Shown: positions 8,736 to 17,588 of the stretch, in pieces
Layout of the letters: the number at the start of each line of letters is the position of its first letter
Position numbering within the stretch: the first letter of the stretch is position 1
Assembly (NCBI GenBank): GCA_012514235.1
Contig: JAAZAR010000159.1
Location: forward strand, 1,065 to 65,064
Source of the DNA: Actinomycetota bacterium
GTDB lineage: Bacteria > Actinomycetota > Thermoleophilia > UBA2241
Direction: 5' to 3'
DNA length: 64,000 nucleotides
Made by a program: the position numbers and the translations under genes
Notes under the pieces: model-generated
Databases searched by the model: none
What the model was told of the DNA's origin: nothing
What the model saw: the letters and a program-made list of their open reading frames with translations, nothing else

Positions 8736-9833
8736 ATGGCCGTCGGACTCATGGACATCAAAGGGCAGTACGCCGAGCTGCAGGACCGCATAGAGGACGC
8801 CGTGCTGTCGGTCCTCCGCAGCGGCCGCGTCATCCTGGGGCCGAACGTCAAAGGGTTCGAGGATGAGGCCGCTGCGTATCTGGGCACCGCGGGGGCCGTC
8901 GGCGTGGCCAACGGCACCGACGGCCTGACCATCGCGCTGCGCGCGCTCGGCATCGGCGCGGGAGACGAGGTCATCACCGTGCCGTTCACGTTCTACGCCA
9001 CCCCCGAGGCCATCGCCCAGGCCGGCGCCAGGCCGGTGTTCGTCGACATCCTGCCGGACACGCTGACCATGGACCCGGACGCGATCGAGGCGGCCATCAC
9101 GCCGAACACCAAGGCCATCATGCCGGTCGACCTCTTCGGCCTCCCGTGCGAGATCGACGCTATCCGCAAGGTCGCGGACGCCCGCGGCCTGCCCGTCATC
9201 GAGGACGCCTGCCAGGCGTGGGGCGCGACCTACGACGGCCGTCGCGCCGGCAGCCTCGGCGATCTCGGCGTCTTCAGCTTCTTCCCCACCAAGAACCTGG
9301 GCGGTTTCGGCGACGGTGGGCTGGTCACGGGGCACGACGCGGACGTCGTGCAGCACGCCCGCGAACTCCGCTTCCACGGGAGCAAGGACAAGAAGACCTT
9401 CACCCACATCGGGTTCAACTCGCGGCTGGACGAAGTGCAGGCCGCGATCCTCCGCATCGAGCTCGGCGTGATCGACGAGTGGAACGGCCGCCGCGCTTTG
9501 GTGGCCGAGTGGTACGACGAGTACCTCCCGGACGAGGTCGTGCGACCGGCCGTCCCGGACGGCCTCACGCACGTGTACCACCTGTACGTCATCAGGCACC
9601 CGCGTCGCGACGACATCGCCGCCGCGTGCAAGGAGCGGCAGGTCGACTGCGCCGCCTACTACACCACGCCCATGCAGCTCCAGCCGGTGTTCGCCGACAT
9701 GGGCCACAAGCCCGGCGACTTCCCGGTCACGGACGAAGCGGCTGCGACCAACCTCGCCCTGCCCATGCACCCGAACCTCACCGAGGCTCAGGTCAAGGAG
9801 GTCGCGGCGGCCGTGGCGGCCGGGCTGGCCTGA
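8736..9833 (+). CDS. DegT/DnrJ/EryC1/StrS-family sugar aminotransferase
   Basis: 'DIKGQYAELQDRIEDAVLSVLRSGRVILGPNVKGFEDEAAAYLG', 'SFFPTKNLGGFGDGG' and 'LPMHPNLT' are typical of PLP sugar aminotransferases. Confidence 0.9.
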   Translation: MAVGLMDIKGQYAELQDRIEDAVLSVLRSGRVILGPNVKGFEDEAAAYLGTAGAVGVANGTDGLTIALRALGIGAGDEVITVPFTFYATPEAIAQAGARPVFVDILPDTLTMDPDAIEAAITPNTKAIMPVDLFGLPCEIDAIRKVADARGLPVIEDACQAWGATYDGRRAGSLGDLGVFSFFPTKNLGGFGDGGLVTGHDADVVQHARELRFHGSKDKKTFTHIGFNSRLDEVQAAILRIELGVIDEWNGRRALVAEWYDEYLPDEVVRPAVPDGLTHVYHLYVIRHPRRDDIAAACKERQVDCAAYYTTPMQLQPVFADMGHKPGDFPVTDEAAATNLALPMHPNLTEAQVKEVAAAVAAGLA

Positions 9834-9932
9834 CGGCGCCCGGCCGGCGCTGGGCCGGCGTGCGCCTCCGCCGGCGACACGTCGGCGCGGGAAGCGCAGG
9901 CGTGACGGCGGCCGTGGCGAACCGGTGATGCG

Positions 9933-11027
9933 ATGAGGGTCTGGGTCGACATCACCGATGCGTCGGCCGTCGTCTTCTTCGCGCCCATCGTGCGCCGGCT
10001 CGAGGACGCCGGACACACCGTCACGCTCACGGCGCGGCGCTTCGCCGGCGCCGACCTCGTCCTGCGGCGCTACGGCCTCAGCGGCCTCCTCACCACCAGA
10101 CACCGGGGGGGCGGCCTCGGCACCCGCGCCGTCGGCCTGGTCAACAGGACGGCGCAACTCCTGGGTTCCGCCGCGAGCGGCCGCTATCACGTGGCCGCCG
10201 GAAGCCACGCCACCGACTTCGTCCTCACCGCCTGGACGCTGGCGGTCCCGCAGATGACGTTCCTGGACCCGGACCGCATCGGGCGCAGCAACCTGATCAA
10301 CGCGCGGCTCGTGGACGAGGTGGCCGTCCCCGAGGCGGTGCCCGTCGCCGGTCTCGCCGAGCTCGGCGCCACACGCGACAAGCTCTTCCGCTATCCCGGG
10401 TTCAAGGAGGAGTACTACCTTCACGACGCGCAGCCGGACCCGGACGTGCTGACGCGGCTGGGGATCGAGCGCCGGCGCATCGTGGGCGTCGTGCGACCGC
10501 CAGCGCCGCCGATGCGCCTGCCGGCGGGCGACGCCGTACCGGCAGGCGAGGAGGCCCTCGTGCGGCTCATCGCCGGCCTGGCCGGCCGCCGCAACCTCGC
10601 GCTGGTGGTCGTGGCCCGGGACCAGGAGCAGCGCCGGCGCTTCCTGGGGCTGAGACTGCCCGGCACGCTCGTCCCCGACGGCCCGGTGGACGGCGCCGGC
10701 CTGCTGGCCGCCGCCGACTTCGTCATCGGACTCGGCGGCGTCATGCTGCGCGAGGCCGTCGCGCTCGGCACGCCCGCCTACACGCTGGCGCCCTCGGCCG
10801 GACCGGTCGAGGCATCCCTGCTGGCCAACGGCCGGCTCAGACAGGTCGCGGTCCCCGGCGACGTGATCGTGCGCAGGAAGGACCTGCGCACGGCGCTCTC
10901 ACCGCCTCGTGACCCCGCGCTCTTCGTCGACCGGCTGCTGGACCTCGCGCACCGCCGCTCTCGCCGTGAGCGCCTCGGTCGTGTTGTGCACGACACGTCG
11001 CGCAAGGACCCACCGCCGCTCCTGTGA
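9933..11027 (+). CDS. DUF354-family protein (GT-B/epimerase-like fold, function unknown)
   Basis: 'MRVWVDITDASAVVFFAPIVRRLEDAGHTVTLTARRF' and 'FRYPGFKEEYYLHD..PDPDVLTRLGI' match the DUF354 pattern. Confidence 0.75.
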   Translation: MRVWVDITDASAVVFFAPIVRRLEDAGHTVTLTARRFAGADLVLRRYGLSGLLTTRHRGGGLGTRAVGLVNRTAQLLGSAASGRYHVAAGSHATDFVLTAWTLAVPQMTFLDPDRIGRSNLINARLVDEVAVPEAVPVAGLAELGATRDKLFRYPGFKEEYYLHDAQPDPDVLTRLGIERRRIVGVVRPPAPPMRLPAGDAVPAGEEALVRLIAGLAGRRNLALVVVARDQEQRRRFLGLRLPGTLVPDGPVDGAGLLAAADFVIGLGGVMLREAVALGTPAYTLAPSAGPVEASLLANGRLRQVAVPGDVIVRRKDLRTALSPPRDPALFVDRLLDLAHRRSRRERLGRVVHDTSRKDPPPLL

Positions 11028-11065
11028 GCCGCTCTCGCCTCGTTGAGCGGCTCACCTGAGTGCGA

Positions 11066-11071
11066 TAAGCT
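11066..11071 (+). promoter_or_regulatory. candidate -10 box TAAGCT (leaderless lysR-type gene)
   Basis: The box ends 6 nt before the ATG at 11078, in a local AT-rich patch 'GATAAGCTTTCCTT'. Confidence 0.3.
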
Positions 11072-11077
11072 TTCCTT

Positions 11078-12025
11078 ATGGATCTTCGCCAACTCCGCCT
11101 GTTCTGCCGCATCGTGGACCGCAAGAGCTTCTCCCTGGCGGCGGACGAGATGCACATCACCCAGCCCGCCGCGAGCCAGCAGGTCCGCAGTCTCGAACGC
11201 GAGCTCAAGACCGTCCTCCTGGACCGCTCGCGCCGCACGGTCGTCCCCACCGACGCCGGCCAGGTGCTCTATCGCTACGGCCGGGAGATCCTGGATCTCG
11301 ACGAACGTGCCCGCACCGAGATCCTCGACCTCGGCGAGCTCGTCGCCGGCCGGGTCGTCGTCGGCGCGTCGACGGGACCGGGCGACAACGTGCTGCCGCC
11401 CATGCTGACGGAGTTCAAGCGCGCCTTCCCCGGCGTGTCCATCGCCCTCCATGTGGACGACACCCACGCCGTGATCGAGCGCGTCCTCTCGCGGGAGTTC
11501 GAGATCGGCGCGGTCGGCGCCGTGACGCCGCGCCCCGAACTGATCGCCGAACCGCTGGCACGCGACGAGATCGTGCTCGTGTGCTCGCCCACGCATCCGT
11601 GGGCCTCGCGCGAGATGGTCACGCTCGATGAGGTCGTGGCCGAGCCGCAGCTCATGCAGCAGCGCGGCGCCGGCGTACGCATCGTCGTCGAGGACCATCT
11701 GCGCCGCGCCGGCGTGCGTCCCGAGCGCCTCAACGTCGTCATGGAGATGGGCCTCATGGAATCCGCCAAGCAGGCGGCCATCGCCGGCGGCGGCGTGACG
11801 TTCCTCAGCAGCTGGGCGATCGAGCCCGACGTCGAGCACGGCACGCTGAGCGTGGTGCCGATCGAGGGCTTCCGCATCCTCCGGGACTTCTACACGGTGC
11901 GCTCCAAGACGCGAGTGCTGAGCCGTGCCGCCGAGGCGCTGCTCGCGTTCTTCCGCGAGCGGTACGCCGAGGCCGATGGCGGCTCGCCGCCGGGAGCGTC
12001 AGCGGCCGGCTCCGCCGGCCGCTGA
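11078..12025 (+). CDS. LysR-family transcriptional regulator
   Basis: An N-terminal wHTH 'LRQLRLFCRIVDRKSFSLAADEMHITQPAASQQVRSLERELK' followed by a LysR substrate-binding domain. Confidence 0.9.
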   Translation: MDLRQLRLFCRIVDRKSFSLAADEMHITQPAASQQVRSLERELKTVLLDRSRRTVVPTDAGQVLYRYGREILDLDERARTEILDLGELVAGRVVVGASTGPGDNVLPPMLTEFKRAFPGVSIALHVDDTHAVIERVLSREFEIGAVGAVTPRPELIAEPLARDEIVLVCSPTHPWASREMVTLDEVVAEPQLMQQRGAGVRIVVEDHLRRAGVRPERLNVVMEMGLMESAKQAAIAGGGVTFLSSWAIEPDVEHGTLSVVPIEGFRILRDFYTVRSKTRVLSRAAEALLAFFRERYAEADGGSPPGASAAGSAGR

Positions 12026-12085
12026 GCCGGGCTCGTGGCCACCGCCGGGGAGGCTCGCAGAGGCCCTCCCCGCCGGGCTGTCTGG

Positions 12086-12091
12086 TACCAT
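12086..12091 (+). promoter_or_regulatory. candidate extended -10 (TGgTACCAT) upstream of comA-like gene
   Basis: Located 48 nt upstream of the ATG at 12140, just after the lysR stop. Confidence 0.3.
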
Positions 12092-12139
12092 CAAGCGGGC
12101 GCCGGCCGAGCGGCGCGACGACACTGGAGGGATGATCCG

Positions 12140-12892
12140 ATGTTCGAGTTCCTGACGCTCCCCGAGCGCACCGACAAGCCGCGTGAGAGCGGACTCACGC
12201 ACGTGCTCGACAAGGGGCTGAGCCTCGAGCAGGCGCGCCAGTTCCTCGAGGTCTCGGGCCGGTACGTGGACATCGTCAAGCTCGGCTGGGGTACTGCCGT
12301 CGTCACGCCGAACGTCAAGGAGAAGATCGCCCTCTACCAGAGCTACGGCATCCCGGTCAGCTTCGGCGGGACCTTCTTCGAGGTCTGCTTGCGCCAGGGC
12401 AAGCTCGACGAGTTCCTGGCGCTGGTCGACGAGTGCGGCATGACCTGCGTGGAGGTCTCGGACGGCACGATCGACATGGAGGAGGCGGACAAGCTCGCGA
12501 TCATCCGCAAGCTCAGTGCGCGCTACAAGGTGCTGAGCGAGGTCGGGAGCAAAGACGACGCCGTCACCATCACGCCGTCCCGCTGGGTCGAGCTCATCGG
12601 CCGCGAACTCGAGGCCGGCGCCTGGAAGGTCATCACCGAGGGGCGCGAGAGCGGCACCGTCGGCATCTACCGGCCCAACGGCGACGTCAAAGACGGTCTC
12701 CTCGAGGAGATCAAGGAGACCTTCGACACGACGCAGATCCTCTTCGAGGCGCCGGTGAAGAAGCAGCAGGCCTGGTTCATCAAGCAGTTCGGCACCAACG
12801 TGAACCTCGGCAACATCCCGCCCGACGAGGTCATCTCGGTGGAGACGCTCCGCCTGGGCGTGCGCGGCGACACGCTGCTTACGTTCCACTGA
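12140..12892 (+). CDS. comA: (2R)-phospho-3-sulfolactate synthase (ComA family)
   Basis: 'LPERTDKPRESGLTHVLDKGL...VDIVKLGWGTAVV...VEVSDGTI...EGRESGTVGIY' matches the ComA pattern. The ATG at 12140 is preceded by GGAGGG. Confidence 0.85.
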   Translation: MFEFLTLPERTDKPRESGLTHVLDKGLSLEQARQFLEVSGRYVDIVKLGWGTAVVTPNVKEKIALYQSYGIPVSFGGTFFEVCLRQGKLDEFLALVDECGMTCVEVSDGTIDMEEADKLAIIRKLSARYKVLSEVGSKDDAVTITPSRWVELIGRELEAGAWKVITEGRESGTVGIYRPNGDVKDGLLEEIKETFDTTQILFEAPVKKQQAWFIKQFGTNVNLGNIPPDEVISVETLRLGVRGDTLLTFH

Positions 12893-12901
12893 CCAAGCCC
12901 G

Positions 12902-13495
12902 ATGCTCTACCTCGCCCGGCACTGCCAGACGGACTGGAACCGAGAGCCCGCGCGGTGCCAGGGCTGGGCCGAGACAGAGCTCAACGAGACGGGCCGCGGC
13001 CAGGCGCGCGATCTGGGTCGCGCGCTCGAGGACCGCGGCATCGAGCTCATCGTCACGAGCCACCTCGTGCGGGCTCGCGAGACTGCCCGGATCGTGCACG
13101 AGATGCTCGGCGCCCGACTCCCGCTCATCGTCGATCCGCGCCTTGCGGAGTCGCACCGCGGCGAGTGGGAGACGCGCCGCTTCTCCTCCATCATCCGCAA
13201 CCAGCCCGAGACCTGGGCGCACTACCACGAGCACCCGGAGACGTTCCGCTTCCCCGGCGGCGAGAGCCTCGCGGCGCAGCAGCGCCGGGTGCTGGCCTGC
13301 CTGCGCGACTGCGTCCTGGACGGCCGAACCGCCCTCCTTGTCACGCACGGCGGCAGCATCCGCCTCGTGCGGTGCTTCCTCGACGGGAAGGGGATCGAGG
13401 CGTTCCACACCGCCACGACGACCCCCGGCGAGCTGCATGAGATCGTCACGGAGCGTCTTGCGGAAGACATCGCCTCTTACCTCGAGAAGAGCTGA
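12902..13495 (+). CDS. histidine phosphatase (phosphoglycerate-mutase-like) family protein
   Basis: N-terminal 'LYLARHCQTDWN' (an RHG-type motif variant), 'SHLVRARETA', and a distal 'LLVTHGGSIR'. It starts 9 nt after the comA stop. Confidence 0.8.
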   Translation: MLYLARHCQTDWNREPARCQGWAETELNETGRGQARDLGRALEDRGIELIVTSHLVRARETARIVHEMLGARLPLIVDPRLAESHRGEWETRRFSSIIRNQPETWAHYHEHPETFRFPGGESLAAQQRRVLACLRDCVLDGRTALLVTHGGSIRLVRCFLDGKGIEAFHTATTTPGELHEIVTERLAEDIASYLEKS

Positions 13496-13641
13496 GGCGC
13501 CCGCGTCGGACGACGAGCGGGCGGGCGCCGCAGAGGACCCCCGATGCCGGGGATGCGTTCGGGCGCGGGGCCCGAGGGTACCTCCCTGTGGTATCCTTCG
13601 AGGCCGGGCAGCGCCCACGTTCGTCGCTGCTCATCCAGCTG

Positions 13642-14940
13642 ATGACGTCCGACACGCCCACACCCCCCACAGCAGGCGACCCCACGCCTGACGACGCATC
13701 GCGTCCGTCCGTCAGCGGCGATGGGCGAGGCGAGCCGCTCCCCGAGCCCGGTGAGCCGGGCTACCCGCGCGGCTCGCAGGAGGCGCCGGCCATCGAGACG
13801 ACCGAGCCGGCGCCGGCAGGTTCGCTCAAGCTCAAGGACCGCGTGGTCCCGAGCCCGCCCGAGATGGACGCCGGAGGCGGGCGGGCCTTCTGGTTCGTCT
13901 TCGCCCTCATCGTCGTCACGGCGCTCGTCATGGGCGGGGTGCTTGCGCTCAACGTCATCGCGGACCCCTACGGCTCCGTCGGCACGCACTTCTTCCCCAC
14001 GGTCACGACGTCGGACAGGACCGTCAAGGCCGACAAGATCGAGGGACTGAAGGAGCTGCCGCAGCTCGTCGTGCTCGGCAGCTCGCGCTCCATGCGCTAC
14101 GAACCGGAGTACCTCAAAGAGAAGACGGGCCTCAGCACGTTCAACGCAGGGGTCAACGGCATCGGCGGCACGGCCGACGCCTGGGCCATGACGCAGTTCA
14201 TCCACGACACCTGGCCGCAGGCTGACCCCGAGTACCTCTGGCTGCTCGACGTCGAAGCGTTCGTGCCGTTCGCGGTCGGCGCGCGCACCGCCAACGAGCC
14301 GCGCATGGCCCAGTACGTGGGCCAGGCGACCGTCGGCAAGGGCGCCGACGAGTTCGCGCGTGCGCTCTGGCAGAACCGGTCCACCCTGTTCTCCCTGGAC
14401 ACCGCCTACGATTCCGCGCGGCTGCTCCTCTACCGCGAAGAGGCCAAGAGCAGCCAGAGCAAGTACCGCAAGCAGATCCTGGACGACGGCGTCCTCAAGC
14501 CGCGCAAGTGGAGCCAGAAGGAGTGGGACCGCCGCTGGCCCAACTCCATCGAGCGGTACAGCAACCTGCACAAGAACGTGTACAAGGGGCTCGACCCGAC
14601 GGCCCAGGAGTACTTCGAGAAGACGCTCGCCTTCATGAACGACCAGGGCAAGACTCCGGTCGTGGCGCTCACGCCCCTCAACCCGAAGCTGCACACGATC
14701 CTGGCACCGCTCGGGTGGGACGACCGTCACGAGGAGGTGGTCGCCTACCTCGAGTCGCTGCACGACGACCACGACTTCGTGCTCCTCGACATGACCGACC
14801 CCCGCGTCTTCGACTACGACAAGCGGGAGTGGTACGACGGCGTGCACATGACCACGGTCAACACGCGGCCGGCGATCGACTACATCATCGCGCAGACCGG
14901 CGGCTGGCCGCCGGAACAGCCCAGGACGGATGGCGAGTAG
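13642..14940 (+). CDS. membrane-anchored DltD/SGNH-like protein (partner of MBOAT)
   Basis: A single TM 'FWFVFALIVVTALVMGGVLAL' followed by 'PQLVVLGSSRSM', which resembles the DltD GSS motif. It sits directly upstream of the MBOAT gene. The start is ambiguous between GTG 13588 and ATG 13642. Confidence 0.55.
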   Translation: MTSDTPTPPTAGDPTPDDASRPSVSGDGRGEPLPEPGEPGYPRGSQEAPAIETTEPAPAGSLKLKDRVVPSPPEMDAGGGRAFWFVFALIVVTALVMGGVLALNVIADPYGSVGTHFFPTVTTSDRTVKADKIEGLKELPQLVVLGSSRSMRYEPEYLKEKTGLSTFNAGVNGIGGTADAWAMTQFIHDTWPQADPEYLWLLDVEAFVPFAVGARTANEPRMAQYVGQATVGKGADEFARALWQNRSTLFSLDTAYDSARLLLYREEAKSSQSKYRKQILDDGVLKPRKWSQKEWDRRWPNSIERYSNLHKNVYKGLDPTAQEYFEKTLAFMNDQGKTPVVALTPLNPKLHTILAPLGWDDRHEEVVAYLESLHDDHDFVLLDMTDPRVFDYDKREWYDGVHMTTVNTRPAIDYIIAQTGGWPPEQPRTDGE

Positions 14941-14951
14941 GCCCGGCGCGC

Positions 14952-16355
14952 GTGCTGCTCAACAGCTACAGCTTCCTGCTCGTCTTCCTGCCGACCGTCG
15001 TCATCCTGTACTGGCTGGTGCCGCGAGGCTACCCGCGCCTCGTCTTCCTCATCGTCGCGTCGCTCGTCTTCTACGGGCTGTGGGACTGGCGCTTCATCCC
15101 GCTGCTGCTCGCGACCACGCTCACCGACTGGGTCGCCGGACGGTACCTCGCGAAGAGCGAGGCGGAGGGTGCGAGCCGCCGCCGCAAGCTGATCCTGGCG
15201 GCGGCCGTCACGGTGAACCTCGCGTTCCTCGGCTACTTCAAGTACCGCGGCTTCTTCGTCGAGCAGTTCGACGGCATCCTGCAGCTGCTCGGCGCCGGCG
15301 AGCCGCTGCCGGCGCTCAAGCTGCTGCTGCCGATCGGGATCAGCTTCTACACCTTCGCCGGCATCTCGTACGCCGTGGACATGTACCGCGGCCAGTACAG
15401 GCCGGCGAAGAGCGTGATCCACTATCTCGCCTGGGTCACGCTCTTCCCCTACATCCTGGCCGGTCCCATCATCCGCTACGGCCACGTCGGCGAGCAGCTC
15501 GAGCAGGCGCGCCAGCGCCTTACGTGGGCGCTCGTCGGCTCGGGCCTGTTCTTCCTCGCCATGGGCGCCGCCAAGAAGATCCTGGTGGCCGACATGATGG
15601 CGCCGTACGTCAACGAGCTGTTCTCGCACCATGCGCATCTCGGCCTTTGGTCCGGCTGGGCGGCCGCTCTCGGCTACACGCTGCAGCTCTACTTCGACTT
15701 CTCCGGCTACAGCGACATGGCCGTGGGCGTGGCGCTCCTGATCGGCCTGCGCTTCCCGCAGAACTTCGACTCGCCCTACAAGGCGATCAATCCCTCGGAC
15801 TTCTGGCGCCGCTGGCACATGACCCTCTCCGGCTGGCTGCGGGACTACCTCTTCATCCCGCTCGGCGGGTCACGCGGCTCGACATGGCTCACGGTGCGGA
15901 ACCTCATGATCACCTTCCTGCTCGGCGGTCTGTGGCACGGCCCCGCCTGGACGTACGTCTTCTGGGGCCTGCTCTGGGGTCTCTATCAGTCGGTCCACGT
16001 GGTGGCCAGGAAGTACGGCCTCACACCGACGTGGGTGTGGCTGAACCGCATCCTGACGTTCCTCGGCGCGGTGGTAGCCTTTGTGTTCTTCCGCGCGTCC
16101 TCGCTCCGGGCTGCCAAGGACGTGCTCGAGTCGATGGCGGGGCTTCAGGGAGTGAGCGGCGAGGACATCCTGCCCGTGGCGCCGCTGCTGGGCGCGTTCG
16201 TCGTCGGCGGTCTGCTGTGGGTCAACCTGCTGCCCAACACGTGGGAGATCCAGCCGCGGCCCAAGCTGCGTTACGCACTGGTGCTGGGCATCCTGCTCGC
16301 CGCCTCGCTGCTCGCCCTGAGCAAGCCGAGTCCGTTCCTCTACGTGCAGTTCTAG
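14952..16355 (+). CDS. MBOAT-family membrane O-acyltransferase (AlgI/DltB/PatA-like)
   Basis: 'NSYSFLLVFLP', 'FDFSGYSDMAVG', 'FWRRWHMTLSGWLRDYLFIPLGGSRG' and 'LLGGLWHG' are MBOAT hallmarks. I chose the GTG at 14952. Confidence 0.9.
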   Translation: MLLNSYSFLLVFLPTVVILYWLVPRGYPRLVFLIVASLVFYGLWDWRFIPLLLATTLTDWVAGRYLAKSEAEGASRRRKLILAAAVTVNLAFLGYFKYRGFFVEQFDGILQLLGAGEPLPALKLLLPIGISFYTFAGISYAVDMYRGQYRPAKSVIHYLAWVTLFPYILAGPIIRYGHVGEQLEQARQRLTWALVGSGLFFLAMGAAKKILVADMMAPYVNELFSHHAHLGLWSGWAAALGYTLQLYFDFSGYSDMAVGVALLIGLRFPQNFDSPYKAINPSDFWRRWHMTLSGWLRDYLFIPLGGSRGSTWLTVRNLMITFLLGGLWHGPAWTYVFWGLLWGLYQSVHVVARKYGLTPTWVWLNRILTFLGAVVAFVFFRASSLRAAKDVLESMAGLQGVSGEDILPVAPLLGAFVVGGLLWVNLLPNTWEIQPRPKLRYALVLGILLAASLLALSKPSPFLYVQF

Positions 16356-16380
16356 GAAGACGCGCCGGGGGGTGCCGGTC

Positions 16381-17409
16381 TCAGAGGGACCGGCTCAAGG
16401 TCGCGTCGCGCCGCTCCCAGCGGTGCAGCACCTGGTCCTCGGGCAGCTTGACCCAGAACCCGAACGCCTGCTCATCGCCCACCAGGCTCGCCTCGCCGCC
16501 CTGCGTGACCTCGATCCAGCCGTGCCAGCGGCCGGCCAGGTCGAGCGGCCAGGACGACGAGACCTCGAGCGACTGGCCCGGGCCGAGCGTGACCGGCTGG
16601 TCGGAGACCAGGTCGCGCACGAGGCGCCCGGGCCCGCGGATGGCCAGCCGCACGCCCTCGAGGTCCAGCGGCTGGCCGCCACTGTTGGTCAGCGTGAACC
16701 ACGCGTAGATGCGCTGCCCGACCTCGCGGTCGCCGCGGTCGAGCTTGACACTGCCGTTCAGCTCGACCAGGCCCGGCTCGGTCGGCGGAGGCATCGCGCT
16801 GGGCACCATGCCCGCGCTCACGGCGATGCGCGTGTCGTTCCAGTAGCCGCCCAGTTCGCTCATGAAGGCCTTGACGTTCGCGATCCACTGCGCGGTGCCG
16901 TCCGGGCAGTAGCGGGGAGCGATGGCGTCGACGGAGTACAGCCCGTCGCCGTAGTACAGACGGCCGGCGAGGCCCTCCGCGACGCGGGCGATGGCCTCGT
17001 CCCACGACGAGAAGTCGCTGGTGGGCCAGGTGGGGCCGTAGAACCAGTTGAAGGCGTTGTACGTGCACTGGTCGCCGTTCTCCGAGTAAAGGTACGCCCC
17101 GAAGCTGGTCTCGGCGCCGGCGATGGCGACGAGGAAGACGGGGTTCACGCCGTGCTCCTGGCCCTCGCGGATGAACGTGGCGCCGGTGCCCGTCATGGGT
17201 GAGGCGTGCTGCGCGAGGAAGGCGTCGAGCCCGGCTGCGTCGGGCGCCGCGGCGGCCACCGGCGCGACCGCGCCGGACGTCACGGCGGCCAGCAGCACGG
17301 CGAGCACGACGGGGACGAGTGCGCAGACGGCGCTGGCGCGCACCCGCGCAGCTCCGCGGCGCGTGCGCCCGCAGCGACCGCTCGCCACGGACCCGGCTCC
17401 CTCTCCCAT
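16381..17409 (-). CDS. secreted protein with glucosaminidase (GH73-like) N-domain and beta-sandwich-like C-domain
   Basis: A signal-like 'RRGAARVRASAVCALVPVVLAVLLA' followed by 'GVNPVFLVAIAGAETSFG', which is typical of the LytD/FlgJ glucosaminidase domain. The C-terminal half is unrecognised. Confidence 0.6.
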   Translation of the reverse strand: MGEGAGSVASGRCGRTRRGAARVRASAVCALVPVVLAVLLAAVTSGAVAPVAAAAPDAAGLDAFLAQHASPMTGTGATFIREGQEHGVNPVFLVAIAGAETSFGAYLYSENGDQCTYNAFNWFYGPTWPTSDFSSWDEAIARVAEGLAGRLYYGDGLYSVDAIAPRYCPDGTAQWIANVKAFMSELGGYWNDTRIAVSAGMVPSAMPPPTEPGLVELNGSVKLDRGDREVGQRIYAWFTLTNSGGQPLDLEGVRLAIRGPGRLVRDLVSDQPVTLGPGQSLEVSSSWPLDLAGRWHGWIEVTQGGEASLVGDEQAFGFWVKLPEDQVLHRWERRDATLSRSL

Positions 17410-17588
17410 CTCCACACGCTCCCTCACTGCTGCTTCGCACGGCTCCTATCTCGGACGAGAGAGGTCAAGTATAGCCGGGCCGGAGGCCTGAGCCGACCCG
17501 GCCCTCGAGGCACAGCCGTCGTCCGTCTCGGGAGACGGAGCGGAGCGCTCTCTCGTTCAAGCCGTCGGTCAGCAGGCAGGATGACACC

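Noticed and set aside
8568-10424. A 618-aa minus-strand ORF, together with similar very long antisense ORFs: 11999-13618, 13477-14847, 35820-37670, 40897-43560, 47960-49831, 50208-52103, 56645-58078.
   Set aside because: Each lies antisense to a gene with clear family motifs (DegT, ComA, EAL, kinase/M28, SBP, RmlA and others). Their translations are Arg/Gly/Asp/His/Pro-rich with no motifs. Such shadow ORFs are expected at this GC content because stop codons are rare.
13588-16355. Interpretation as a classical dlt (D-alanylation) operon.
   Set aside because: No DltA-type adenylating ligase and no DltC carrier protein are adjacent. Only the MBOAT and a DltD-like partner are present.
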